From contig NZ_DASVWK010000806.1 of assembly GCF_036389735.1 (NCBI RefSeq), forward strand, positions 538-64,537: a stretch of 64,000 bases of DNA. The letters are read 5' to 3'. A program made the translations under genes and the position numbers. Position 1 is the stretch's first letter. Every line of letters starts with the position of its first letter. Of this stretch, positions 46,497 to 56,118 are shown one piece after another. The notes under the pieces are model-generated. The model was given only the letters and a program-made list of their open reading frames with translations, had not been told where the DNA came from and did no database searches. Source of the stretch: Archangium sp. (GTDB taxonomy: Bacteria; Myxococcota; Myxococcia; Myxococcales; Myxococcaceae).

Positions 46497-48188
46497 GTGG
46501 ACACCCTGCCCGCTCCCGACGAGCTCGAGCCCCTTCTCTCCGCCGCGCTGGCCCTGCCCGCGCTCAAGCCCCATGCCGCCCGCCTCGAGCGGCTGCGCCG
46601 CGACTACGCGCGTGGTCTCGAGCGGAAGGACGCCCCGCTCGCCGTGGCCCTCGTCGGCGCCACCGGCGCGGGCAAGTCCACCCTCCTCAACGCGCTGTCG
46701 GGGCAGGCCCTCGCGCGTGAAGGCGAGGACCGGCCCACCAGCACCGCCGCCACCCTCTTCGCCCCCGAGGGCGCGGGCCTGGAGGAACTGGCCCAGGTGG
46801 GTGCCAAGGTGCTGCGCTACACGCCCGGCCCCCAGGGGCTGTGGAGCGGTCAGGTGTTCATCGACACGCCGGACCTCAACAGCGTGGCCACCGTCCACCG
46901 TGAGGTGGCCCGCGCCGCGCTGGAGCGCGCGGACATGGCCCTGGTGGTCATGCACCGCGGCAGCGTGGCCGAGGCCACCCAGGTGGAGTTCCTCGCCGAG
47001 TTCGCGCGGCGCCGCGCACTCGTGTTCCTCGTCAACTTCGCGGACGAGCTGTCGCCCGAATCGCGCGAGGCCCTCAAGTCCCAGGCGCGCCGGCTGGCCG
47101 CGGAGCAGTTCGGCCTGCCGCTGGAGTCCGTGCCCGTCTTCGCCATCAGCGCCCGGGCAGCCAAGGAGGGAAAGGATCCCTCGGGCGAGTTCGGCGCCCT
47201 CCTCTTCCACCTCAAGTCCCTGGCCACCCAGGCGGTGGCCGAGCGGGTCCGGCGCTCGAATGCCCGGGGGGCGTTGGAGGAACTCATCTCCCTGGCCGAG
47301 GGCGCGCTGAAGCAGACGGAGGACACGCTGGCCCGGACGCGTGGGGCGCTGGAGTCGGGGCTCTCGCGGGCCTCGGCGGGGCTGCGGGCGGACTTCGACG
47401 CGCGACTCGCGCTGGCGCAGGGCTTCCTGGCCTCGGAGGTGCGGCACCAGGCGGCGGGGCGCTTCTGGGGCCCGGCGGCGTGGGGCATGCGGCTGTCCTA
47501 TGTGGGGGCCGGGGGACTGGGAGCGGCGACGCTGGTGGCACGGCGCAGCCTGCCGGTGGGGCTGGCCGTGGCCGCCACCTCCACCGTGCTGGACGCGGTG
47601 CGGGACAGGACGCGCGCCCGGGCGGCGGAATCGGCGGTGGTGGAGCCCTTCGAGGATGACCTCTCCGTGGAGGGCGCCGCGCGCGCCGCGCTGACCGAGG
47701 CACGCGGTCTGGCCCACGCGAGCGGGCTGTCCCCCGAGGTGCTGGGGCTGCCGGACGTGGAGATGCTGCTGGCGGAGCTGAAGTCCGCGCGCGCGAGCGC
47801 CTGGCGCTACACCGTCACCACGGCGGTGGCCGAGGCGGTGGCGGGCTGGTGGCGCACGGCCCGCTGGCTGGTGCTGCCACTCATCAACCTGCCCCTGCTG
47901 GCGCTGCTGGGACACGTGGGCTACCGCGTGGTGCGCGCGTACGTGGAGGGCCCGCTGCTGGGCCTGGACTACTTCGTCAACGCGGGGGCCCTCTTCGCGC
48001 TGCTGGCCGCGGCCGGGGCGCTCCTCGCGTCGGCGAGCCTCGCGGGCACCACCCGCGCCGTCCGCCGCTCGGGGCAGGCGCGCTTCGTCGCGCTCCTGGA
48101 GACACTCGGGGGCCGCATGGGAGAGACCATCCAGGACAGCCTCCGCTCCGGTCGGGAGGCCGCCCGCGCCCTGCTCCGGCTACGCTGA
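46497..48188 (+). CDS. Dynamin-like/MMR_HSR1-type GTPase with C-terminal TM segments
   Basis: G1 GATGAGKST, RPTS, G3 DTPDLNS, G4-like NFAD; hydrophobic C-terminal helices; probable GTG start at 46497. Confidence 0.85.
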   Translation: MDTLPAPDELEPLLSAALALPALKPHAARLERLRRDYARGLERKDAPLAVALVGATGAGKSTLLNALSGQALAREGEDRPTSTAATLFAPEGAGLEELAQVGAKVLRYTPGPQGLWSGQVFIDTPDLNSVATVHREVARAALERADMALVVMHRGSVAEATQVEFLAEFARRRALVFLVNFADELSPESREALKSQARRLAAEQFGLPLESVPVFAISARAAKEGKDPSGEFGALLFHLKSLATQAVAERVRRSNARGALEELISLAEGALKQTEDTLARTRGALESGLSRASAGLRADFDARLALAQGFLASEVRHQAAGRFWGPAAWGMRLSYVGAGGLGAATLVARRSLPVGLAVAATSTVLDAVRDRTRARAAESAVVEPFEDDLSVEGAARAALTEARGLAHASGLSPEVLGLPDVEMLLAELKSARASAWRYTVTTAVAEAVAGWWRTARWLVLPLINLPLLALLGHVGYRVVRAYVEGPLLGLDYFVNAGALFALLAAAGALLASASLAGTTRAVRRSGQARFVALLETLGGRMGETIQDSLRSGREAARALLRLR

Positions 48189-48827
48189 GCGGGTCACCCT
48201 GCGCCGCAGCCGCTCGTAGAGGTCGAGCACCAGCCGGAGTTCCTCCTCGGTGCGTCGCTCGATGCCGGCGTGGTCCCCGCTCTCGTAGAGGTCCCACACC
48301 CCCTTGCTGGAGCCCTTCTGCTCCTTCAGCCCCAGACGCCCCGCCATCTCCCGGGTCGTCTTGGGGTAGAGGATGGGCTCCTCGGGGAAGAGGAAGCTGG
48401 CCTCGTTGGAGAGCTCGATGGGCCGGGCCTTGAAGAAGACCTCGAAGAGCTCGGCCGGGTCGGCGATCTCATTGAAGAGCGAGCGGCAGTAGAGCGCCGG
48501 CAGGTCGAACTTGGCGATGCCCGCGCCACAGACGACCAGGTCCTTCGCCGGCTTGCCGAGCACGCGCACGCCCTCGTCCCGCTGCCGCTGCCACTCCAGC
48601 TCGAAGCGCGCCTTGATGGCCCGGAGCAGGGCGGCCTCGGACTCGAAGTTCCACAGCCACAACCCGTCGAACCGGGGCGCCTCCGGGATGGGCTCGTCGA
48701 AGCGCTTGCTGAAGAAGCAGCCACCCAGCAGCAGGTGGCTCGGCCTCGCGGGATTCACGACGAGCGAGCTCAAGCTCGTGGCGCGGTCGCTCGGAGGCGC
48801 ATAGGCCTCCAGGTCGAAGAACAACAT
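48180..48827 (-). CDS. RNase H-fold 3'-5' exonuclease-like protein (PolB-exo/YprB-like, degenerate)
   Basis: FFDLEA (ExoI DxE), ESEAALL, GIAKFDLPAL (ExoII), IERRTEEELRLVLDLY (ExoIII-like). Confidence 0.6.
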   Translation of the reverse strand: MLFFDLEAYAPPSDRATSLSSLVVNPARPSHLLLGGCFFSKRFDEPIPEAPRFDGLWLWNFESEAALLRAIKARFELEWQRQRDEGVRVLGKPAKDLVVCGAGIAKFDLPALYCRSLFNEIADPAELFEVFFKARPIELSNEASFLFPEEPILYPKTTREMAGRLGLKEQKGSSKGVWDLYESGDHAGIERRTEEELRLVLDLYERLRRRVTRSA

Positions 48828-48904
48828 GGCCACCTCGTCGGGGGTTCACCGCCGAGGCGCAGGCTACCACGGGGTCTCCGGGCAGCCCGCCGCCCCGTGA
48901 GGCA

Positions 48905-49669
48905 CTACTCGGTGCGGACCGCCTGGCGCGAGCCACCGGCGGCGTCCGACTCGCGAGCCGCGGAGGAGGCCTCACGCCGCTGCGCGTTCTCGAGGATGGC
49001 CTTGGCCCCGGCGGGGATACCACCCGCGGCCTGCTCCCCCTCGGGAGGCGGGGCCCCGGCGGGAGACAGCGGCTCGTTGCCACGCGCCGCGTCATGGGCG
49101 GCCATCACCGGCATGTCGCCGGTATTGCCACACGCGGGAGCGGCGATGAGGGTGTCACGCACCGGGTCGCCATAGCCGGCGATGAGGGCGGGGGTGGACG
49201 GGTTGTTCCACCCGGAGCCCACCGTGCGGGCCACCTTGAAGTGCAGGTGGGGGCCGCAGGACCAGCCGGTGTTGCCCGAGTAGCCGAGCAGCTGTCCCTT
49301 GCGCACCGTGTCACCGGGCTTCACCACCACGGCGCTGAAGTGCAGGTACTGGGTCTCGACGCCGCCCGCGTGGGCGACGACGACGTAGTTGGCGTACTGC
49401 GCCATCTTCGGGTCGCACGCGCCCTGGGTGCTGTCGCCGCGCGCCAGGCGCACCACGCCCTCCTGGGCGGACACGATGGGCGTGCCCACGGGCATGCGGA
49501 AATCCCAGGCGTAGGTGTCGTTCTGCAGGTGGCTGCCCGTGTCGTGACCCTGGCTCACCGGGAACACACGGCCACAGGCGAAGGGGACGCCCATTTCAGG
49601 CGCCACCGTGTTGCGGGGGGAGGGGACTGCCGGAGCGGATGCGAGAAGAAAGAGCGTGGGCAGGATCAT
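48905..49669 (-). CDS. M23-family metallopeptidase, secreted
   Basis: SH...AWDFRMPVGTPI, QYLHF, GQLLGYSGNTGWSCGPHLHF. Confidence 0.9.
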   Translation of the reverse strand: MILPTLFLLASAPAVPSPRNTVAPEMGVPFACGRVFPVSQGHDTGSHLQNDTYAWDFRMPVGTPIVSAQEGVVRLARGDSTQGACDPKMAQYANYVVVAHAGGVETQYLHFSAVVVKPGDTVRKGQLLGYSGNTGWSCGPHLHFKVARTVGSGWNNPSTPALIAGYGDPVRDTLIAAPACGNTGDMPVMAAHDAARGNEPLSPAGAPPPEGEQAAGGIPAGAKAILENAQRREASSAARESDAAGGSRQAVRTE

Positions 49670-49826
49670 GGGTAGGCCGCGCGAAAACGACGGAATACCC
49701 TCCCAGTATTCCAAATCATTTTCGGCCCTGCTGCTCGCCCGCTGGTCTCGGGAACAACCAGCCAGGCAGCACGGTTGGCCGCGCCGCCCGGGGACACCGG
49801 GTCGTCAGAGGGGGGAAGAACACGAC

Positions 49827-51284
49827 ATGCGGCGAGAAACATGGTGGCCTCGGTGGATGGCCTTGAGCCTGGCGCTCTGGATGACGGCCTGCCGGACGAC
49901 GTCCGCGGCACCGGCTGAGAAGGAGCTCTCCAGGCAGACGGTGGCCTTCGTGGACGTGAACGTGGTGCCCATGGACTCCGAGCGCCTGCTCGCACACCAG
50001 ACAGTGGTGGTGCGTGAAGGTCGCATCCTCGCGCTGGGGCCGGTGGACTCCACGCGGGTGCCCTGGGGCGCGGTGCGCGTCGAGGGCCAGGGCCGCTACC
50101 TCATGCCGGGGCTGGTGGACATGCACCTGCACCTCGTGCCGGGACGAGGACAACCGGAGGACCCCGCGGGCCAGGTGCTCGCGCTGCTGCTCGCCAACGG
50201 CGTCACCTCGGCGCGGGCGCTGGGCGGCCCCAAGGATACCGCGCTCCTCGTGCGCGACCGGGTGGCACGGGGCGAGGTGCTCGGACCCACGCTGCGCGTG
50301 GCGGCCCCCTCGCTCCACGGCAAGTCGGTGCAGGGCCCCGAGCAGGCGCGCCAGCGGGTGCGCGAGTACAAGGCGGCGGGCTATGACGGGCTGAAGACGC
50401 ACGGCTTCCTCGGCCGCGAGACGTACGACGCGATGGTGGCCGAGGCACGGGCCCAGGGCCTCGCGGTGAGCGGCCACGTGACGCCGGACGTGGGCCTCTT
50501 CCACGCGCTGGAGTCCGGGCAGCAGATTGAACACCTGGACGGCTACCTCAACGAGCTGCTGCCGGAGAACGACCCGGCGCGGGCGGAGGTGGGACAGGTG
50601 GAGGTGGGCGACGCGCTGGACCGGATGGACGCGGCGCGCATCCCCGTGCTGGCGGAGGCCACGCGGAAGGCGGGCGTGTGGAGCTCGCCCACGCTGGCGC
50701 TCTTCGAGACGGTGACGAGCCCCGAGGGCGTGGAGGCGCTGCGCGAGCGCCCGGAGCTGCGCTACGCACCTGGGGCGTCCGTGAAGACGTGGACGAAGAT
50801 GGTGAAGGATGACGCGCAGCTGGCCCGGGTACCCGCCGAGCGCAAGCACAGGTTCGCCGAGCTGCGGCGGCAGGTGACGCACGGGCTGTACACGGCGGGG
50901 GCGAAGCTGCTGGTGGGCTCGGACTCGCCCCAGCTCTTCATGGTGGCGGGCTTCGCGGTGCACCGGGAGATGGAAGCGCTGGCGGCGGCGGGGATTCCCC
51001 CCTACGGGGTGTTGGAGGCGGCCACGCGCAACCCGGCGGAGTACCTGGGCGAGGCGGCCACCTGGGGCACGGTGGCCGAGGGCCAGCGTGCGGACCTGCT
51101 GTTGCTGAACGCCAACCCGCTGGAGGACGTGAAGCACACGCGGGAGCTCGCCGGGGTGATGGTGCGCGGGCACTGGCTGCCCCGGAGCGAGCTGGACGCC
51201 CTGCTGGAGCGCACGGCCCGGGCCGCGAACGCGCCACCTCTGGAGAAGAAGAGCATGGCCAGCCCCGCGGCCCCGGCTCCATGA
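49827..51284 (+). CDS. Amidohydrolase-family lipoprotein
   Basis: Lipobox MTAC; MPGLVDMHLH, SGH, IEH, GSDS, ATRNPA...GQRADLLLL...NPLED. Confidence 0.9.
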   Translation: MRRETWWPRWMALSLALWMTACRTTSAAPAEKELSRQTVAFVDVNVVPMDSERLLAHQTVVVREGRILALGPVDSTRVPWGAVRVEGQGRYLMPGLVDMHLHLVPGRGQPEDPAGQVLALLLANGVTSARALGGPKDTALLVRDRVARGEVLGPTLRVAAPSLHGKSVQGPEQARQRVREYKAAGYDGLKTHGFLGRETYDAMVAEARAQGLAVSGHVTPDVGLFHALESGQQIEHLDGYLNELLPENDPARAEVGQVEVGDALDRMDAARIPVLAEATRKAGVWSSPTLALFETVTSPEGVEALRERPELRYAPGASVKTWTKMVKDDAQLARVPAERKHRFAELRRQVTHGLYTAGAKLLVGSDSPQLFMVAGFAVHREMEALAAAGIPPYGVLEAATRNPAEYLGEAATWGTVAEGQRADLLLLNANPLEDVKHTRELAGVMVRGHWLPRSELDALLERTARAANAPPLEKKSMASPAAPAP

Positions 51285-51304
51285 TGGGATGAAAGGAGGA
51301 AACC

Positions 51305-51712
51305 ATGGCGCGCATGGACAGCTACGTGGAGTACACGCTGGAGCTGCTGGAGCCACTCGGCCCCGTGCAACCACGTGCCATGTTCGGCGGGTGGGGCCTG
51401 TACTACGGCGGCAGGATGTTCGGCCTCATCATCGAGGACCGGCTCTACCTGAAGACGGACGACACCACGCGCTCCACCTTCGAGTCGGCCGGCGGAGAGC
51501 CTTTCGTCTACGACGCGGGCAAGGGCCGCAAGCCCGTCACCATGTCGTACTGGACGCCTCCGCCGGACGCGAGCGACGACGCCCACGCGCTGCTGCCATG
51601 GGCACGGCGAGCGGTCGAGGCCGCCTCGCGGGCCGCCCAGAAGAAGCCCGCCGCGAAGAAGAAGTCCGCTCCGGCGAAAAAAACCGCCGCGAAAAAGAAG
51701 GCGAGCCGCTGA
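51305..51712 (+). CDS. TfoX/Sxy N-terminal domain protein with Lys/Ala-rich tail
   Basis: RAMFGGWGLY...MFGLI...LYLK...PFVY...MSYW; strong AAAGGAGG RBS. Confidence 0.9.
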   Translation: MARMDSYVEYTLELLEPLGPVQPRAMFGGWGLYYGGRMFGLIIEDRLYLKTDDTTRSTFESAGGEPFVYDAGKGRKPVTMSYWTPPPDASDDAHALLPWARRAVEAASRAAQKKPAAKKKSAPAKKTAAKKKASR

Positions 51713-51775
51713 CGCGCGGACGGCGGTACCTCGTGGCAGGCTGCGGGCCCTCAACCCCACACACCGAGGGATTCC

Positions 51776-53965
51776 GTGCAACGAAGCCTGAAGTCGGCGC
51801 TCGCCGTGCTGCCGCTGCTGCTACCGATGACGTCACTGGCCGGTGCCAAGGGCGCCGCCGTGCCCCCGCCGCCCGTCGCGGCGAAGAAGTCCGTGGTGGA
51901 CACCTACCACGGCGTGAAGGTCGACGACCCGTACCAGTGGCTCGAGAAGAAGATCGACGACCCCGAGGTCCGCCAGTGGGTGGACGGGCAGACCGCGCAC
52001 ATGCGCGCGGTGCTCGACAAGCTGCCCTCGCGCGAGGCCATCCGCGCTCGCCTCAGCGCGCTGCTCAATCACGAGTCGGCGGCCCACTTCGCCATGGTGC
52101 AGCGGGGCGGCGTCCTCTTCTCCCTGAAGTTCCAGCCGCCCCGGCAGCAGTTCATGCTGGTGGTGCTGCCCTCGGTGGATGACCCCTCCACGGCCCGCGT
52201 GCTGTTGGACCCGATGGAGCTCGACCCGAGTGGCCACACCGCCATCGACTTCTTCGTGCCCTCGCTCGATGGCAAGAAGGTGGCCGTGTCGCTGTCCAAG
52301 GACGGCACCGAGAGCGGTGACGTCACCGTCTACGACGTGGCCACCGGCAAGCCGCTGCCCGGCGAGGTGGTGCCCCGGGTGAACGGCGGCACCGCGGGCG
52401 GCGACCTCACCTGGAACGCGGACGGCACGGGCTTCTTCTACACCCGCTACCCGCGCGGCGAGGAGCGCCCCGCCGCGGACCGCGACTTCTTCCAGCAGGT
52501 GTACTTCCACAAGCTCGGCACGCCCACGGACAAGGACACCTACGAGCTGGGCAAGGACGCCCCGCGCATCGCCAACTACCAGCTCAAGACGTCCGAGGAT
52601 GGCACCCACGTGCTCGCCATCCTGGGCAACGGCGACGGCGGCGAGTACGCCGTCTACCTGCGCGGGCCCCAGGGCACCTGGACACAGCTCTCGAAGTTCG
52701 AGGACAAGGTCATCTACGCCTCCTTCGGCCAGGACGGCGCCCTCTACATGCTGTCGCGCAAGGACGCGCCGCGAGGCAAGGTGCTGCGCCTGCCGCTCGC
52801 CACGCCCTCGCTGGAGAAGGCCACCGTCCTCATCCCCGAGGGCCAGGCCTCCATCGCCGGCTTCCGCCCCACCGCCACCCGCCTCTACGTGAACGAGCAG
52901 CTTGGCGGCCCCAGCCAGGTGCGCATGGTGGGCCTGGACGGCAAGGACCTCGGCCTGGTGCCCACTCCCCCCGTCTCTTCCGTGGGCGGCGTGGTGTACC
53001 TGGGCGGTGACGACGTCCTCGTCTCCAGCGGCAGCTACACCGAGCCCTCCAGCGTGTACCGCTACGGGGCGAAGGACGGGAAGCTGGCGAAGACGGCGCT
53101 GGGCCGCACCTCTCCCATGGACACCAGCAACGTGGTGGTGGACCGCGTCATGTGCACCTCCAAGGACGGCACCCAGGTGCCGCTCAACATCCTGCACGCC
53201 AAGGGCGCCAGGCTGAACGGCAACAACCCCACGCTGCTCACCGGCTACGGCGGCTTCGGCCTCTCCCTCTCTCCAGGCTTCAGCCCCCTCAACTTCGCCT
53301 TCATCGAGCAGGGCGGCGTGGTGGCCATCGCCAACCTGCGCGGCGGCTCCGAGTTCGGCGAGGAGTGGCACACCCAGGGCTCGCTCACCCAGAAGCAGAA
53401 CGTCTTCGATGACTTCCACGCCTGCGCGAAGCTGCTGGTGGACAAGAAGTGGACGAAGCCCCAGCGCCTGGCCATCCAGGGCGGCAGCAACGGCGGCCTG
53501 CTCATGGGCGCCGCGCTCACCCAGCATCCGGAGCTGTACCGCACCGTGCTCGCGCACGTGGGCATCTACGACATGCTCCGGGTGGAGCTCACCCCCAACG
53601 GCCAGTTCAACACCACCGAGTACGGCACGGTGAAGGACCCCGCGCAGTTCCAGGCGATGTATGACTACTCGCCCTACCACCACGTGAAGGACGGGGTGAA
53701 GTACCCCTCGGTGCTCTTCACCTCGGGCGAGAATGACCCGCGTGTGGACCCGTTCCACTCGCGCAAGATGGTGGCCCGGCTCCAGGCGGCCACCGGCTCC
53801 AAGCGCCCGGTGCTGCTGCGCACCAACAACATGGGCCACGGCATGGGCACGCCCCTGTCCGAGGCCATCGAGGAGGAGGTGGACGTGTACGCCTTCCTCT
53901 TCAATGAGCTGGGCATGAAGTACCGGCCGGTGTCGGGCAAGGTGGCCTCGCCCACGCCGAAGTAA
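51776..53965 (+). CDS. Secreted prolyl oligopeptidase (S9A)
   Basis: Signal peptide; DPYQWLE; TGYGGF; ANLRGGSEFG; GGSNGG nucleophile; DPRVDP and GHG catalytic residues. Confidence 0.95.
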   Translation: MQRSLKSALAVLPLLLPMTSLAGAKGAAVPPPPVAAKKSVVDTYHGVKVDDPYQWLEKKIDDPEVRQWVDGQTAHMRAVLDKLPSREAIRARLSALLNHESAAHFAMVQRGGVLFSLKFQPPRQQFMLVVLPSVDDPSTARVLLDPMELDPSGHTAIDFFVPSLDGKKVAVSLSKDGTESGDVTVYDVATGKPLPGEVVPRVNGGTAGGDLTWNADGTGFFYTRYPRGEERPAADRDFFQQVYFHKLGTPTDKDTYELGKDAPRIANYQLKTSEDGTHVLAILGNGDGGEYAVYLRGPQGTWTQLSKFEDKVIYASFGQDGALYMLSRKDAPRGKVLRLPLATPSLEKATVLIPEGQASIAGFRPTATRLYVNEQLGGPSQVRMVGLDGKDLGLVPTPPVSSVGGVVYLGGDDVLVSSGSYTEPSSVYRYGAKDGKLAKTALGRTSPMDTSNVVVDRVMCTSKDGTQVPLNILHAKGARLNGNNPTLLTGYGGFGLSLSPGFSPLNFAFIEQGGVVAIANLRGGSEFGEEWHTQGSLTQKQNVFDDFHACAKLLVDKKWTKPQRLAIQGGSNGGLLMGAALTQHPELYRTVLAHVGIYDMLRVELTPNGQFNTTEYGTVKDPAQFQAMYDYSPYHHVKDGVKYPSVLFTSGENDPRVDPFHSRKMVARLQAATGSKRPVLLRTNNMGHGMGTPLSEAIEEEVDVYAFLFNELGMKYRPVSGKVASPTPK

Positions 53966-54108
53966 CCCCGCGCCCCGTCAGCGTTGCGCGTCCAACAGGG
54001 CGCGCGATTCGCTGAACCGTTCCACGCCTCCTTGCTGTACGACTGCGCGCCCCAGCGTCCCCCCACGCCCCGGGAGTCCCCAGGGCCTGGCGCTGTTACG
54101 TGGTGCCG

Positions 54109-56112
54109 ATGACCCCTCCCGTGATTCCTCCCGGGGACGACGAGCAGCGTCTCACCCACCTGCTCGCGAGCCATGCGGCCGAGGCCCTCTACCTGCTGGA
54201 CGCCCAGGGCCGCGTCACCTTCGCCAACCCGGCCGCCGAGCGCATGTTCGGCTGGAGCCGGGCGGAGATGCTTGGCCGGAAGCTGCACGAACTCATCCAC
54301 CACGAGCGTCCCGATGGAACGCCCTTCCCCATGGAGGCCTGTCCGCTCGGGAATGTGCTGAGCACCGGGCAGGCGACGCTGGACCACGAGGACCACTTCA
54401 TCCACCGGGACGGCTCCTTCATCCCCGTCCACTGCTCCAACGCCCCCATCATCTCCCAGGGCGCCGTCGTGGGAGCGGTGCTGGTGGTGCGCGACATCAC
54501 CGCGCGCAAGTCCGCCGAGGAGGCCCGCGCGGAGTACTGGCGTCACGTCCAGTTGCTGATCGACACCCTCCCCCACCTCGCCTGGGTGTCCCGGTCCGAC
54601 GGCACCTGCTCGTACGTCAACCGGCGCTGGCTCGAGTACACCGGCCTCTCCTTGGAGCAGTCCATCGGCTTCGGCTGGGTCCACGCCATCCATCCGGAGG
54701 AGCGCTCGCACACCCAGGAGCGCTGGCGGCGGGCGCTGGACACCGGCGAGCCCTTCGAGGCGGAAGTCCGGATGCGCCGTGCCAGCGACGGGGCCTGGCG
54801 GTGGTTCATCAACCGGGCCCACCCGGCGCGAGCCGCGGACGGCCAGGTGATCCGCTGGGTCGGCACGTGCACGGACGTCGACGAGCGGCGGCGCGACGCA
54901 CAGGAGCGGCTGGAGCTGCTGCGGCGCGTCCAGGCGGCCCACGCGGCGGCCGAGGAGGCCAACCGGCTCAAGGATGACTTCCTCGCCACCGTGTCCCACG
55001 AGCTGCGCACGCCGCTGACGGCGATGCTCGGCTGGCTCCAGTTGCTGCGCTCCGGGCGCCTGCCCGAGGAGAAGCGCGCCAAGGCCCTGGAGACGGTGGA
55101 GCGCAACGCCCGTGCCCAGGCGCAGGTCATCGAGGACCTGCTGGACATCTCGCGCATCATCAACGGCAAGCTGCGCCTGGATCCCGGGCCACTGGACATG
55201 AGGGCCGTGGTGGAGGCGGCACTCGAGTCCACCCGGCTCGCCGCCGACGCCAAGGGCGTGACGCTGCGACTGGAGGCGCGCGCCGAGCCCGTCCCCATGC
55301 GGGGCGATGCCGGCCGGCTCCAGCAGGTGGTGTGGAACCTGCTGAGCAACGCCATCAAGTTCACCCCGAGCGGGGGCCGCGTCACCGTGGAGCTCGAGCG
55401 GCACGACGACGAGGTGGAGCTGCGGGTGACCGACACCGGCATCGGCATCTCGCCGAGCTTCGTGCCCCACATCTTCGAGCGCTTCCGCCAGGAGGACGGC
55501 AGCACCCGCCGGACCCATGGCGGGCTCGGGCTGGGGCTGGCCATCGTGCACCAGCTCGTCACGCTGCACGGGGGCCACGTGTCGGCGCGCAGCCCGGGCG
55601 AGGGGCTCGGGGCCACCTTCATCCTGCGCCTGCCCCGGGAGCCTCGCGTCGCGACTCCCGCCCCCCTTCCTCCCCAGGCCCCGCCCCAGGCGGCGGAAAC
55701 GGTGCCCCCGGGTCCTCCCGGGCTCGCCGGCCTGCGCGTGCTGGTGGTGGAGGACGAGGACGACGCGCGGGACATGCTGCGCGTCCTGCTGGAGAGCTGG
55801 GGGGCCCACGTCCAGGCGGTGCCCACGGCGAGCGAGGCCCTCACGCGGCTGCGGCAGTGGCGACCGGAGCTCCTCCTGTCGGACATCGGCCTGCCGGGGG
55901 AGAACGGCTACGAGTTCCTCCGGCGCGTCCGGGCCCTGCCCCCCGAGGAGGGCGGGCTCACGCCGGCCATCGCCCTCACCGCGTACGCACGGCCCGAGGA
56001 CCGGCAGCGCGCCCTGCAAGCGGGCTTCGACATGCACGTGCCGAAGCCCGTGGAGAGCGCGGAGCTGCTCGCCGTCATCGCCGCCGCGATGGAACGTTCT
56101 CGCGGCGGCTGA
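54109..56112 (+). CDS. Hybrid sensor histidine kinase (PAS-PAS-HK-receiver)
   Basis: Two PAS domains; SHELRTPL; NLLSNAIKFT; DTGIGI; GGLGLGL; receiver LLSDIGLP...KP. Confidence 0.95.
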   Translation: MTPPVIPPGDDEQRLTHLLASHAAEALYLLDAQGRVTFANPAAERMFGWSRAEMLGRKLHELIHHERPDGTPFPMEACPLGNVLSTGQATLDHEDHFIHRDGSFIPVHCSNAPIISQGAVVGAVLVVRDITARKSAEEARAEYWRHVQLLIDTLPHLAWVSRSDGTCSYVNRRWLEYTGLSLEQSIGFGWVHAIHPEERSHTQERWRRALDTGEPFEAEVRMRRASDGAWRWFINRAHPARAADGQVIRWVGTCTDVDERRRDAQERLELLRRVQAAHAAAEEANRLKDDFLATVSHELRTPLTAMLGWLQLLRSGRLPEEKRAKALETVERNARAQAQVIEDLLDISRIINGKLRLDPGPLDMRAVVEAALESTRLAADAKGVTLRLEARAEPVPMRGDAGRLQQVVWNLLSNAIKFTPSGGRVTVELERHDDEVELRVTDTGIGISPSFVPHIFERFRQEDGSTRRTHGGLGLGLAIVHQLVTLHGGHVSARSPGEGLGATFILRLPREPRVATPAPLPPQAPPQAAETVPPGPPGLAGLRVLVVEDEDDARDMLRVLLESWGAHVQAVPTASEALTRLRQWRPELLLSDIGLPGENGYEFLRRVRALPPEEGGLTPAIALTAYARPEDRQRALQAGFDMHVPKPVESAELLAVIAAAMERSRGG

Positions 56113-56118
56113 GCGACG

